Assembly (NCBI GenBank): GCA_051003195.1
Contig: JBPCLP010000009.1
Span: forward strand, 96,001-160,000
Length of the DNA stretch: 64,000 nucleotides
Source: Candidatus Sumerlaeaceae bacterium
GTDB taxonomy: Bacteria > Sumerlaeota > Sumerlaeia > Sumerlaeales > Sumerlaeaceae
Direction: 5' to 3'
In this document: positions 18,270 to 28,800 of the stretch, in pieces
Position numbering within the stretch: the stretch's first letter is position 1
How the letters are laid out: each line of letters begins with the position of its first letter
The notes under the pieces: model-generated
What the model was told of the DNA's origin: nothing
Database searches by the model: none
What the model saw: the letters and a program-made list of their open reading frames with translations, nothing else
Translations under genes and position numbers: made by a program

Positions 18270-20363
18270 TTAAGGGAGAGAGAAATTCAAGCTTTGGCCG
18301 CCCGGGTTTTGTTCCAGGGTGGAGGTTGTGGGCAGGGTCCGCCTTGCAGTCCTCAGCTTTTCTATCTGCTTTACTTCGGCAATCACGCGCGGCGCGCGGA
18401 CGGAGGCGTCCGGAATTGCTTTTGCCCATTTTTTCGCAGAGAGCGGATCGTCCGCGAGAAGTGACAGGCCGGTCAGTGCGTGCAGAAGATTTTCCCGGGC
18501 TGCGGGTTCGGTTTCCGCTTTTTCGATATACGCGGCTTCGCTCAGTTCACGCCGGGCGCGTTCGATGGTGGAAGTCGTCAGCTGTCCGCGCCCGAGTGCC
18601 TGCGCGAGTGATGAGTAGTAACCGGCGAGCGACCGTTCGGGGCTGAAGCGCACCGCCTCCTGCATGGCTGAATCAAAATACAGACTGGCTGACAAATGGT
18701 TGCGCGCCGCGAGCGCTTCCTGGCCACCAATGAAGGAGATGCTCCATGGCTGGCGGTTGCTCATGCTCTCGGTAACGTATCGGTCGGCTGCCCGTGTTTC
18801 GAAATCTGCGGCGTCCGTCAATGTTTCCGTGCGCAGGCGCAAGGCATGGCGAAATGCGGCCGAATCCTTATCGAGCGGAGGACGCTGGAAGAGGCTGGCC
18901 ATAAGGTGTGCGACGCGATAATTGACCAGCCGGTTTTCGCCAAGCTGCCGGGCCAGGTCGCGCCAATCAGCGGCGGGTCTCTCTGTTAACGGAAGCAGCT
19001 TATTTCCACGTATCGTCTCAAAAAGCGCGCGTGCAAACAACGCCTGACCTTCCAGCGAGGGATGCAGGTGATCAGCGAACAGCCGCCAGCCGGGCGCTGC
19101 TTCGCCGTGCTCCCGTGCGTCCGCATGGAATGCCGCGTCGACATCGCAGAAGGGCATGTTTTGCGTTTCTGCTATGCGACGGAGCATTTCGTTCAAGGTG
19201 GTGGCAGCGCGCCAGGGCATTGCATCCAGATCACGCGCACGCCGGTAGGCAGCAAGCGCCGCGGTTGTGTCGTTCTGCAAGTCGCACATGCGGCCGAGAT
19301 AAAGCTGCGTTATCGCACTTTCCGGGCAGAGATTCGCCGCTTGTTCGAAGAAGGGACGCGCAATGGCAGGACCCGAACTCATCGCATCGAACGCGCGCTG
19401 GTAGGCAGTGCGAAACTGTGTACGGTATGGCTCGGAACCTGGCTCGATGCTGCGCACCGGCAGCAGGTCTCGCTCATTCGCGGCAAGAGAACACATAACG
19501 ACCTGCACCTTCGCTTTGTACGCGGCAGTGAGCATCGCGTCGATATTCGACGCGAGAGCGGTTTCGGCATTGTCTCGTAGCGGCGATCCGGGAGAGATTT
19601 CAGCGGTTCCCATCAGTTCCATAAGGGTTTCGCTCGTCTGGGCATCCGGCTGTGCCTTGCGCGCACGCGCAGTTGCGACCGTTTCAGCTACTGCAAGCAG
19701 CCCCTGCCCGATCCCTGTGGATCGCCACCACTGGGCCAGCTGCATCTGCCACGCAGAAGAACCGACGCTTTGGGCGGAGGCGACACCAAACGCGCCGTAG
19801 TACTCATTGTGCCCGGCGTAGATAATGATTAGATCGGGTTCGAGCGCGCATATTTCACGTACAACTCGCCGCAATGGAAAGCTGGCGATGGCCGTGATGC
19901 CGGTATTGATAACCTCAACCCGATAGCCGGGCTCTAAGGAGTGCTCGAGGTATTTATCGAGAAATGAGGCCGCGCTGAGATTCGGCGGGAAAGGGAAGCC
20001 CTGCACGCTGGATTCTCCCACCATGAAAACGCGTAACAGCTTTGCCGGTTTCGGCATAAGCACGCGTTGAGGTACAATGGAACCGACCATGCGCGATTGC
20101 CCGCCCTTTGCCAGGCGTTGGCCAAAGTACGGCCACAGCGCATCGGAAGAGTAGTTCAGCAGCTTGCTGCCAGATGCGCTCTCAAGATAGGGAACGAAAA
20201 AGGGTGGAAGGCTGCCAAAGCCTTTGAGGCGCAACGCCGTCTCCGCGCCAAGCACCACAACAATTAAAGGCAACAAAGAGAACAGAAACAGTTTAAGCCG
20301 CGAAATTCTTTTCTTTGCTGGTGTGCCCCTGGACCTGGAAATGGGTTTGCTAAAATTTGGCAT
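18270..20363 (-). CDS. Membrane-anchored SGNH/GDSL hydrolase-like protein with TPR-like helices
   Basis: N-terminal TM helix; VGESS, EVINTG, YAGHNEYYG, FADHLHP blocks; TPR-like segment. Confidence 0.85.
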   Translation of the reverse strand: MPNFSKPISRSRGTPAKKRISRLKLFLFSLLPLIVVVLGAETALRLKGFGSLPPFFVPYLESASGSKLLNYSSDALWPYFGQRLAKGGQSRMVGSIVPQRVLMPKPAKLLRVFMVGESSVQGFPFPPNLSAASFLDKYLEHSLEPGYRVEVINTGITAIASFPLRRVVREICALEPDLIIIYAGHNEYYGAFGVASAQSVGSSAWQMQLAQWWRSTGIGQGLLAVAETVATARARKAQPDAQTSETLMELMGTAEISPGSPLRDNAETALASNIDAMLTAAYKAKVQVVMCSLAANERDLLPVRSIEPGSEPYRTQFRTAYQRAFDAMSSGPAIARPFFEQAANLCPESAITQLYLGRMCDLQNDTTAALAAYRRARDLDAMPWRAATTLNEMLRRIAETQNMPFCDVDAAFHADAREHGEAAPGWRLFADHLHPSLEGQALFARALFETIRGNKLLPLTERPAADWRDLARQLGENRLVNYRVAHLMASLFQRPPLDKDSAAFRHALRLRTETLTDAADFETRAADRYVTESMSNRQPWSISFIGGQEALAARNHLSASLYFDSAMQEAVRFSPERSLAGYYSSLAQALGRGQLTTSTIERARRELSEAAYIEKAETEPAARENLLHALTGLSLLADDPLSAKKWAKAIPDASVRAPRVIAEVKQIEKLRTARRTLPTTSTLEQNPGGQSLNFSLP

Positions 20364-20400
20364 TACGCGCTGCAGCCGCAATTAGATTTTGTGCAACTTC

Positions 20401-20437
20401 AAACACAAAGGCCGCACAACCCGTAGGTTGCGCGGCC
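20401..20437 (-). terminator. Probable terminator hairpin
   Basis: GGCCGCACAACC-CGTA-GGTTGCGCGGCC with an A-rich left flank, downstream of 20463..21185. Confidence 0.6.
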
Positions 20438-20462
20438 CGGTGCTTAAGTTGATGGAGTACTT

Positions 20463-21185
20463 CTACTCGACAGAAAATCCTGAAATCGTTACAGGTACGG
20501 CCGCTGCAGATGTAGGCGTCGCCAGTACTGTCACGGTAGACCAGTCTGTAGCATTTGTCTGAGAAGGAACGGCGTCCTGTCCATTGTCACTACCTCCGCC
20601 CCCTGTGTCGGTTCCCTGCACTTGGATCGTTGCTGGATTGCCGAGGGCCGCGCGAGTAACACTCCATTCCACGCCTGCATTGCCGCCGTTGCCGCTGTTG
20701 CTGAATGCGAAGCTGGAACCGGCGCCAACGACATCCCAAGCGCTTGTACCTGTGTTCCAATGGTGAAATTGGCTGCCACCACCGCCATCCACCCACGCAC
20801 TCAGGACGTACTGCGGAGAAAACGATCCACCCGCGCGGATAGCACGACCCCATGGATCGGACGTCGTGTTACCGACGCCACCATTGTCAGTCTGGATATA
20901 AATCTTGTATTTACCCCAGTCATTGACCGTTGCCGTGAAAGGCGTATCCACGGTCATGGCAATGTGGATTATGCCGCCGCTCTCAGCAACGTACAAATCC
21001 TGCAAATCCAAATTTTGATTGTTGCCCGCGCCACCTTCATCGCCAGGCGCAGTCCATGGAGTGGTTGGATCAGAAGCCGCCGCCGCCCCCAAATCGCTAA
21101 CTATTCCATCCAATGTCAGAGCCGACGCGGTACCAGTAATGGACGCAGCAGCCAATGCCCCAAGTGCAAAAATCTTAATCTTCAT
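20463..21185 (-). CDS. Secreted DOMON/CBM9-like putative carbohydrate-binding protein
   Basis: GGAAGG RBS, signal peptide; TLDG...DLQDLYVAE...IHIAM...DWGKYKIYI...VEWSVTRAALG pattern; ends VPVTISGFSVE. Confidence 0.7.
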   Translation of the reverse strand: MKIKIFALGALAAASITGTASALTLDGIVSDLGAAAASDPTTPWTAPGDEGGAGNNQNLDLQDLYVAESGGIIHIAMTVDTPFTATVNDWGKYKIYIQTDNGGVGNTTSDPWGRAIRAGGSFSPQYVLSAWVDGGGGSQFHHWNTGTSAWDVVGAGSSFAFSNSGNGGNAGVEWSVTRAALGNPATIQVQGTDTGGGGSDNGQDAVPSQTNATDWSTVTVLATPTSAAAVPVTISGFSVE

Positions 21186-21311
21186 ATGCGTTCCTTCCTA
21201 CCATTGTTTTCAAAAACTTCGAAGCCGAAAAACCCCGGAACCCGCAATCAGGCTCTCGACGTCTTGCTTCTTCTACCTTTTCACCATAAGGGTATAGCAT
21301 ATACAATAGAA

Positions 21312-21325
21312 TTGGACCGGTTAAA
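21312..21325. promoter_or_regulatory. Putative LacI-family operator
   Basis: TTGGACCGGTTAAA, a variant of TTAAACCGGTTTAA, in the divergent promoter region next to the LacI gene. Confidence 0.65.
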
Positions 21326-21346
21326 ATTCTATTTGAAGTGTAGGAA

Positions 21347-22441
21347 TTGTCTGACATAGAATATACGGCAACGTCTGGAGAAATCGCCATCCGTACTGAC
21401 GAGAAAACCAAGCCAGCCAAGCGGTACACCATCCGCGATATCGCTGAAATGGCTGGAGTTAGCCGTGCGACCGTGTCACTGGCGATGAACGGCTCGCCCA
21501 AGGTCAACGCCAGGACGCGCGAGCAGGTGCTGGCGCTGATCGAGCGTGTGGGCTACCGCCCTAACCAGACGGCGCGCAACCTGGCGAACCGCCGCAGCGG
21601 AACTATCCTCGTCATCCTGCCGAAAATCGACCACGTGTTTTCAGACGTTTACTTCTCGGAGTGCCTGAGCGGTATCATCGAAGTGACGACGCCGCGGCAG
21701 TACCATATGATGGTGGATCTGGCGACGCAGGACTTCAAGGATGACAAAAAACCGCTGATGCTGTTTGAACAGGGGGCGATTGACGGCGTTCTGTGCGTCG
21801 GGAATCTTTCTACGGATACCTACCTGACCGACCTGGTACTGGCGGGTTGCCCCGTGTTGCTGGTGAACAGTTCGATACCGGGCATTCCCAACGTGCTGGG
21901 TGACAACGCGAGCGCCGCGGAGCAGGCAGTCGAGCACCTGTATGGTCTCGGTCACCGGCGCATCGGACACATTCGCGGTCCGAAGGTGGTGACCACGGCG
22001 ATGGATCGCACCGAAGGTTACTTGCGCGCGCTGAAGAAGCTCGGCCTGCCCGATGAGAAAAGCCTGATCGCCGAGGGTTACTTCGACGAGAATTCCGGCT
22101 ATGAGGCGTTCCAGTGGCTGATGAAGCAGCCGAAGCCGCCGACGGCAATCTTCACGACGAACGATATCATGGCGCTCGGTGCGTTGCGCGCCGCGCGCGA
22201 GATGGGAATTCGTGTGCCGGAAGACGTGGCGCTGTTCGGGGGCGACGATATCCCGTTCGCGCGCCACGTGCAGCCACCGCTGTCGACGATCCGGCAGGCG
22301 ATGGATGCGATGGGTGTGGCGGCGTGCGAGAAACTTTTCCAGCAGATGGACAGCCGGGACTTCGAGCAGACAACGCTGGTGCCGCTGGAGCTGGTGGTGC
22401 GCGAGAGCTGCGGCGCAAAGGTTGCGGCGGGTGCCGCTTAG
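21347..22441 (+). CDS. LacI-family transcriptional regulator
   Basis: TIRDIAEMAGVSRATVS HTH, GYRPNQTAR hinge, LGHRRIG, NDIMALG, VPEDVA, PPLSTI, LVVRES. Confidence 0.97.
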   Translation: MSDIEYTATSGEIAIRTDEKTKPAKRYTIRDIAEMAGVSRATVSLAMNGSPKVNARTREQVLALIERVGYRPNQTARNLANRRSGTILVILPKIDHVFSDVYFSECLSGIIEVTTPRQYHMMVDLATQDFKDDKKPLMLFEQGAIDGVLCVGNLSTDTYLTDLVLAGCPVLLVNSSIPGIPNVLGDNASAAEQAVEHLYGLGHRRIGHIRGPKVVTTAMDRTEGYLRALKKLGLPDEKSLIAEGYFDENSGYEAFQWLMKQPKPPTAIFTTNDIMALGALRAAREMGIRVPEDVALFGGDDIPFARHVQPPLSTIRQAMDAMGVAACEKLFQQMDSRDFEQTTLVPLELVVRESCGAKVAAGAA

Positions 22442-22455
22442 CAAATCGAAAAGCA

Positions 22456-22536
22456 AACCACAGAAGCGCAGAGACACAGAGCTTTCACAGAGTTCCTTTC
22501 AGGGTGCTTCCTCTGTGTCTCAGTGCCTCTGTGGTT
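22456..22536. repeat. Inverted repeat built of ~9 nt CACAGAG-type units between convergent genes
   Basis: AACCACAGAAGCGCAGAGACACAGAG (22456-22481) ... CTCTGTGTCTCAGTGCCTCTGTGGTT (22511-22536). Confidence 0.75.
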
Positions 22537-23968
22537 AGTTTTTGGCCGCCTCGGCTTCGTTTACCGGATTTAATATCCGCTCGGTCATGGCGGTTTCGAT
22601 TTTCTTGAGCGCATCCGCAGCGGACTGCTTGCCCTGGAGGACAAGATTGATCTCGGGGTTGAAGATTTCGGTTTCCAGGGTCCCGACAAAGGGCAGCGCC
22701 GGCAGAGGCCGCGCGAGGCGCACCTGCTCGATGAAGGTGGGCACCTCCGGGAATTTGGCAAGGTTGAGGTTTTCCTGCGCCTTGAGAAGAACGGGAATCT
22801 GCCCGAGATCTTCCGCCCAGCGGCGCTGAACCGCATCGCTTGTGAAATAGAGCGCGAACGCGACGGCAATATCCGGACGCCGGCAGGTGGTAGTAACCAC
22901 GAGATTCTGTCCGCCGATGTTTCCCGCCGACAAATGCTGCGCGGCAGTGGATTCGTTGGTAGCGTCCTGCGGCACAAGGCCCAGCGTTTTTGCCTCGCCA
23001 AGCGGCACGCGAGGCAGAAGCGCGACTCCAAAATCCAGGCCCGACGAGCGGAAGTTTTCAACCATCCATGGGCCTGTCAGTACCATCGCGTACTTCTCGT
23101 TCTGAAATCCCTGGTCGGGGTTCAGGTTCCCATCGCGCCATGCCCCGCCCTCGACCTTGTCTTTCTGGTAAAGGTTCACTTTGCGTTCAATCGCCTGCAC
23201 AGCGTGGGTTTCCAGCAGCGTGGCACGCAGCTTACCATCCTCGCCGCGGCGTATTATTTCCACGCCATACTGGTTGAGGAACGGCATCGTGAACCAGAGG
23301 GAGTTGTTCATGCCGAAGCCAAACTGACCCTTGCCCGGATCCGTAAGTACACGTGCAACGTGAATGAACTCGTCCCAGTCGCGCGGCGCGCGATCATCGG
23401 GCAGCCCTGCCGCGCGAAGCTGCCCGCTGTGCGCTTTGAACATGCGCTTGTTCCAGAACAGCGCGAGCGAAGTGGTTTGCGCCGGGATGCCATAAAGGTG
23501 TGTGGCGCCTTTGAAGTGGACGACGTTGGTGTCAAACGCGCCCGGCACATAACGCTCCCGAAGCGACTGGATGTCTGTAGTGGGTGTGTCAGGAATCGTA
23601 TCGAGCGCGAGGGCAGCGCCGCCGTAAGCCAGTGGAACCATCTTGTTGGCATCGACAAATACCATGTCGGGGAGGAGCCGGGCAGGCGCAGCAGATTTTA
23701 CCTTCCGCACCATTTCATCGAACGGAACCTGGTCGATCCGAATCGTCAGGGGATCTTCCGGATGTTTCGCGTTCCACTCTCGAGTGAAATTGTCGACGTT
23801 CTGCTTCAACATCGAAACTTCCGAAAACTTAAACCCCTGCCACAATGACAACGTAATCGGCGAGGCGACACATAAACTGCATTGAATAACGGTTAGCAAA
23901 AAGAGCAGTTGTGCGGCAACTTGCGCATTTTGAATTCTGAATTCAGAATTCTTAATGGTAGCGGTCAT
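22535..23968 (-). CDS. Sugar ABC transporter solute-binding protein (maltodextrin-type)
   Basis: ATGA overlap with permease; [32 protein letters not shown] motifs. Confidence 0.9.
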   Translation of the reverse strand: MTATIKNSEFRIQNAQVAAQLLFLLTVIQCSLCVASPITLSLWQGFKFSEVSMLKQNVDNFTREWNAKHPEDPLTIRIDQVPFDEMVRKVKSAAPARLLPDMVFVDANKMVPLAYGGAALALDTIPDTPTTDIQSLRERYVPGAFDTNVVHFKGATHLYGIPAQTTSLALFWNKRMFKAHSGQLRAAGLPDDRAPRDWDEFIHVARVLTDPGKGQFGFGMNNSLWFTMPFLNQYGVEIIRRGEDGKLRATLLETHAVQAIERKVNLYQKDKVEGGAWRDGNLNPDQGFQNEKYAMVLTGPWMVENFRSSGLDFGVALLPRVPLGEAKTLGLVPQDATNESTAAQHLSAGNIGGQNLVVTTTCRRPDIAVAFALYFTSDAVQRRWAEDLGQIPVLLKAQENLNLAKFPEVPTFIEQVRLARPLPALPFVGTLETEIFNPEINLVLQGKQSAADALKKIETAMTERILNPVNEAEAAKN

Positions 23969-24873
23969 TCCTTCACGCCTCCCGCGGTCAATCCTGCGAT
24001 GAAATAGCGTTGGGCCAGAAGGAACAACAGCGCCACCGGGAAAATGGAGAAGCACGCGCCGGCCATCATTCGCTCCCATTGCGTGGCCCACTGTCCTTTG
24101 AAATAGCTGAGCCCCACAGGCAGTGTGATGTGTGGCGAGTTCGGCGTGTTGACGATGAGCTGCCAGAGGAAATTAGACCACTGTCCCACGAACGTCAGCA
24201 GAAACAGCGTGATGACGATGGGGATCGAGAGAGGGACGACGATTTGCGCAAACGTCCGAATCTCACCCGCCCCGTCGACGCGTGCGGCTTCGAGCAAACT
24301 GTCGGGCAATGCGCGGATGTGCTGCCGCAGCAGGAATAATCCGAAGACGTTAGCCGCATGTGGCACGATCATTCCGGCGTAGGTGTTGATCCAGTGCAGC
24401 TTAAGAACGGTCGCATACTGCGGGACCATGAACACAAGCCCGGGCACCAGCATCACGGCGATCAGCAGCGCGAACAATTTGTCGCGACCGGCGAACTTCT
24501 TTTTTGCGAAACCGTAGCCAGCCATCGTGCACAGGACGATGGTAAGGAGCCCGCACCCGCTCGCGACCACAAAGCTGTTCCACACGTAACGATAGAAGGG
24601 AAAGTCTTTATCGAAAAGCACCGCCGCGAAATTACCGACGGTGTACATCTGCTCTCCTGGATTCGGGATGAACCTGAGTGCCAGACCGAAACCCGGCGCT
24701 TTGAATGCGGTGAGCACCATCCAGATGAGGGGCAGGTGAACGAGCACCAGCAAAGGCAGGACGATGGCATAGAAGAGCGCGGCACCGCGGCGCCTGACCC
24801 AGCGCGTATTGGAGACCTGGAGGTCACGCAACCGATCGCTGCTATAGGGACCGTGCGATGTCGTTGCGTTCAT
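23965..24873 (-). CDS. Carbohydrate ABC transporter permease (MalG-like)
   Basis: [22 protein letters not shown] loop, WSNFLW, TLPVGL. Confidence 0.95.
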   Translation of the reverse strand: MNATTSHGPYSSDRLRDLQVSNTRWVRRRGAALFYAIVLPLLVLVHLPLIWMVLTAFKAPGFGLALRFIPNPGEQMYTVGNFAAVLFDKDFPFYRYVWNSFVVASGCGLLTIVLCTMAGYGFAKKKFAGRDKLFALLIAVMLVPGLVFMVPQYATVLKLHWINTYAGMIVPHAANVFGLFLLRQHIRALPDSLLEAARVDGAGEIRTFAQIVVPLSIPIVITLFLLTFVGQWSNFLWQLIVNTPNSPHITLPVGLSYFKGQWATQWERMMAGACFSIFPVALLFLLAQRYFIAGLTAGGVKE

Positions 24874-25808
24874 GCCTTCTCACGACCGAGAAGGCGGAAG
24901 TTCACAAACGCAATTACCAGTGCAATGATGAGCATCAGGAAGGACATGGCGGCGGCGTGTCCATAGAACGACTCGTCAAAAAATCGATACATGTGAAAGC
25001 CCGAGACACGCGCGGCCTGGACTGTGTTACCGAAGAACGAAAACGCCGGACCTCCCGTCGCATTGGTCAGCGCGTAAACCTCGGTAAAGCTGTTCAGTAC
25101 GCCGACCAGGCCTGTGACAGACAGGAACAGAATCATGGGCCGCAAAAGCGGGATTGTGACCCGAAAGAGTTTCTGCGACCCGGTGGCGCCGTCGATATCC
25201 GCGGCTTCGAAAATGTCTTCGGGTATATTGTTGAGCGCGGTGAGAAACAGCACCATGCCGAATCCCATCGTCTTAAGCACCATGGCAAATGCGATGCTCG
25301 GCAGGATAGTAATTGGGTTGTCGATGAATCCATTTTTTGTGAACCAGTCGATGCCAAAAAAACGGAAGAACGCGGAGATAGGTCCGGCGCCTGGATTGAA
25401 GAGCAGCAGCCAGATCACACCGACGACAAAAGCGTCGAAAACATGCGGCAGAAAGAAAAGCCCACGCAGCGAGCGATAACCCGGCAGGCGAGTGCCGCTG
25501 AGTGTAAGCGCCAGAGCAAGTGACGCTGCGATCATTGCGGGGATAAACAGCACGGCATAAATCATCGTGGCCAGCAGCGAGTACCAGAACACCGGGCTGT
25601 GCAGCAGATCGATGTAGTTGCCCAGCCCGACGAATTTCATCCCGCCGAACTCGTCGAACCAGCTCGCGTACAGGCCAGTTTCGCGCAGGCTCAGGTAGAA
25701 CGAATAGCCAACCGGAAAAATCAGAAAAACCAACGCCACCAGCAGGAACGGTCCAACAAAGAACCACCCCCACAGGGTGTCAGAGGGACCGAGGCGGGCT
25801 GTGCGCAT
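24870..25808 (-). CDS. Carbohydrate ABC transporter permease (MalF-like)
   Basis: [19 protein letters not shown] loop, [14 protein letters not shown]. Confidence 0.95.
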   Translation of the reverse strand: MRTARLGPSDTLWGWFFVGPFLLVALVFLIFPVGYSFYLSLRETGLYASWFDEFGGMKFVGLGNYIDLLHSPVFWYSLLATMIYAVLFIPAMIAASLALALTLSGTRLPGYRSLRGLFFLPHVFDAFVVGVIWLLLFNPGAGPISAFFRFFGIDWFTKNGFIDNPITILPSIAFAMVLKTMGFGMVLFLTALNNIPEDIFEAADIDGATGSQKLFRVTIPLLRPMILFLSVTGLVGVLNSFTEVYALTNATGGPAFSFFGNTVQAARVSGFHMYRFFDESFYGHAAAMSFLMLIIALVIAFVNFRLLGREKA

Positions 25809-25854
25809 CAGTCAGGTGTTGGCACGTGCAACTTGCCGGAGGCAAGCAAAGCTC

Positions 25855-28800
25855 TCACCGGTAGAGCATCCAGTCCGCAATGGTGGTAACCAGCGGGTTG
25901 ACCGTGCCTGGCGTCGGCGCGCGCACGGCCCAGTCGGAAGCAACATTTGTATCGGTCGAGGACGGATTTCGCGCGAGCGACTGGTTCGCCGTGCCGTCAT
26001 GCGATGTTGAGTTACCACCAAAGATCGTCCCCGCAGGAGAAATATCCGAGGAATTCTGACCGGTGTTGGAGTTCCAGCGGACGTAGTCGATTCCCAGGCC
26101 ATACGGATCCATGAGCGCCACGGAGCCCGCCCGCGCGGAATTCCATGGAATATTACTGCCCAGGTTGAGCGAACCAGCCGGCGGCGTTGGAGCAAGTGCG
26201 GCGTCGGAAACCACGATGTAGCTGCCGGCCGGAGAATTGGCGCCACTGAGCGGCAACTGCGCCGAGACACCACTCGCGTCTGTCCAGCGCAGGCTCCATG
26301 TTCCAAGGTTTACGGCAGAGCCCGTTGGATTATAGATTTCGGCCCAGTCGGTGTTGCCGTTATTGGCTTCGTTCAATACCAGCGCCGGCTGCGCAGGAAA
26401 ACGTGCGACGGCCTCGATCGTCTGGGACGTGGTGAATGCATTCGAACTGTTCTCGGGCAGCGGGTTGGGGCTCGGGAAGGACGTGTCGGAAGTTGTGACC
26501 GCGACGAAAGCCATTCCGCGTGGATTTGCGTTGGCGAGCTGACTCAGAGGAATGGAGACTTCGAAGCCGGTCGGTCCGGCAATGTTGGTGCCCGTGGCCC
26601 CGGGGTAACTTCCGAAACCGGTGCCGAATGCAATGCTTGCGGACAACTCTGCAAACGCGGATGGATTGCCGGCGACTCCGCCGCTGCCAAGGCCGAACAC
26701 CTTCGCGCTGAGCGGACTGGTTCCGGTGATGACCACCGCCGCATCGAAGCCGATGCCCTGCGCAATCAGCGCCGAGTTTACATCGAACCCGGAGTTCCTG
26801 ACAAGTGAACGCAGTGCATCGCCAGTGTCCGACAAGTCCGAAGTGGTCCACATGTGCCGGGCCCCGGTCGAGGATGTGGAGTCGACGTCGATGTAAACGA
26901 TAGTGGCATTGTTGTTCGGATCAGCGCCGTTAAAAATGTCTCCCCGAACGGCGAGGTATAACGTATTGTTGGCCACGCGTGCGTGGAACTCTGTAAGGCT
27001 GCCGTCGGATCCGAAGTCCGTCACGGGGCTTGGTACCGTGGTTCCACCATTGGCAGGGGAAACCGCAAGGGGTGTGCGGTCGAAGAACTCGGAAATATTT
27101 CCGTTAATCAGGGGCGTCGTGGTTTGTACGGCACTTGGGAAGCCCGTGATTGAAATCGTCGTGGAAGCTTCGGAAGCGATGCCTCCGCCATCCAGGCCCG
27201 TGCTTGCAATCGCGCGTATCGTGTAGATGCCGTTCGTCACATTCAGGCCAGAGAGATTATCGGACGCCAGGTAACTGCTGACGGCACTTTGCAGGGTGAC
27301 ATTCGTGCTGGCCGGCAGATTGATTCCCTGCAGTAGCTGATACGGCGTGCTGCCTCCCGGCTGTGACAGATAAGCCTGTGCGCTGCGCGCGTTAAACCCA
27401 ATCGCTGCGTTGACCGTTACGGACGTTGGCGTATTTAACGTCGCGCCCGCGGACGGACTGAAAATTACAACGCCTGGCCCTGTCACGCTTTCCGGCACGG
27501 TAATCAAAGCCGGCACGGAATTTTGCGGCGAGGCGCCGCTGGTGAGCACCGCGCGCGCCGTCATACTGTGGACACCGGTGGTGTAGCCGCGCCAGACGAA
27601 GCGGAACTCGTCGTACTGGTCGCCAAGGTTCTGGTCGTTCTGCACCAGCGCGTTGATCGGTGGTAGCAGCGATGCGTTATACGGAACAGCCGTGTAGGTG
27701 ATGCCGTCGACGTCGAGGTAAACCGAAAAGTTTGAAGGGAAGTTAATACCGGCCGTTTTATCCACGCGGATCACGAAATCATTCGTATAAGCATTCGAAT
27801 TAATCGTGGCAGGAAGCGGCTGGAAATTGACGGATGCAGCTCCGGCATCGGTATCGATACCAAATGCCATGGGCGGCTGCGGGATAATCGCCTGGATCGG
27901 TTCGAAACGCGTGATACTCGAAGTGCCCGTCGGTTCAAACGCCACGATCGTGATGCTGTGGGTGCCACCGGTAATGTTGTTCCATGTATAGCGGAACTCA
28001 CCACGGTCTACCTTGGTCATCTGGTTGCCGACGTTTACGTTTCCAAGGAAGTTGTAACTGGAGGGCTGGTCAAAGAACACGTGCATGGAATTAGCCGTGT
28101 TGTCGGCCGATTTCGCAATGACCCCATAGCTTTGCGACAGCACGTCACTCGTCCCGGTCGTCGACGGGAAGAGAAGTGAAACGGTCGGCGACGTACGATC
28201 CAGGTAAATTGCGGTGCGCGCGCTGGAGTATACCGCGGGCGCGCCAAGTGGACGCGGCAGGAATGCCACCGTCTCCAGGAAATGAAGTCCTTCCGTCATC
28301 GTCGTCGTGTTCACGTTCAGGGTGTAGGTGCCTGTGCCTGCCGAAGCGCGCGGGCTGGCGCTTCCCGTGAACGCTTCGAACCCGGCAAATTCGCCAGTCG
28401 TTACGAGAAGGCCGGGGTTAGCGTCGATCGGCAATCCACCATCCAGCCGTATCAGCGCGTTGTCCTCCGCGATGGTCGGGGACGTTTGCGCGGTAACTGT
28501 GAAACTGTTACCTTTAATGACCTGTAGAGGCGTGTGCCTGCGGCTGCCGTTGGGCACACTCGCGGATTCCGGCGCGAGCACGCTGGTTACGCCGCTCAGC
28601 GTATGGCTGTGCGTCGGCGCGGCAAGCCCGTACATGATATAACCCTTGTTGTGCGAGGTGGTATTCGTCCTGTTACGCGGGACCCGCAGCGTCACGATGC
28701 CATTTGCCGGGACAACGAGCGTCGCAGGAAAATCGCCATTCGCGTTGATTACTGGATCGCTCGCGGCACCCGAGAGCTCTGTCAGCGTCACATTTGAAAA

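Noticed and set aside
22535..25808. ABC transporter lacking an ATPase gene
   Set aside because: Common for CUT1 sugar transporters, which share an MsmX/MalK-type ATPase encoded elsewhere
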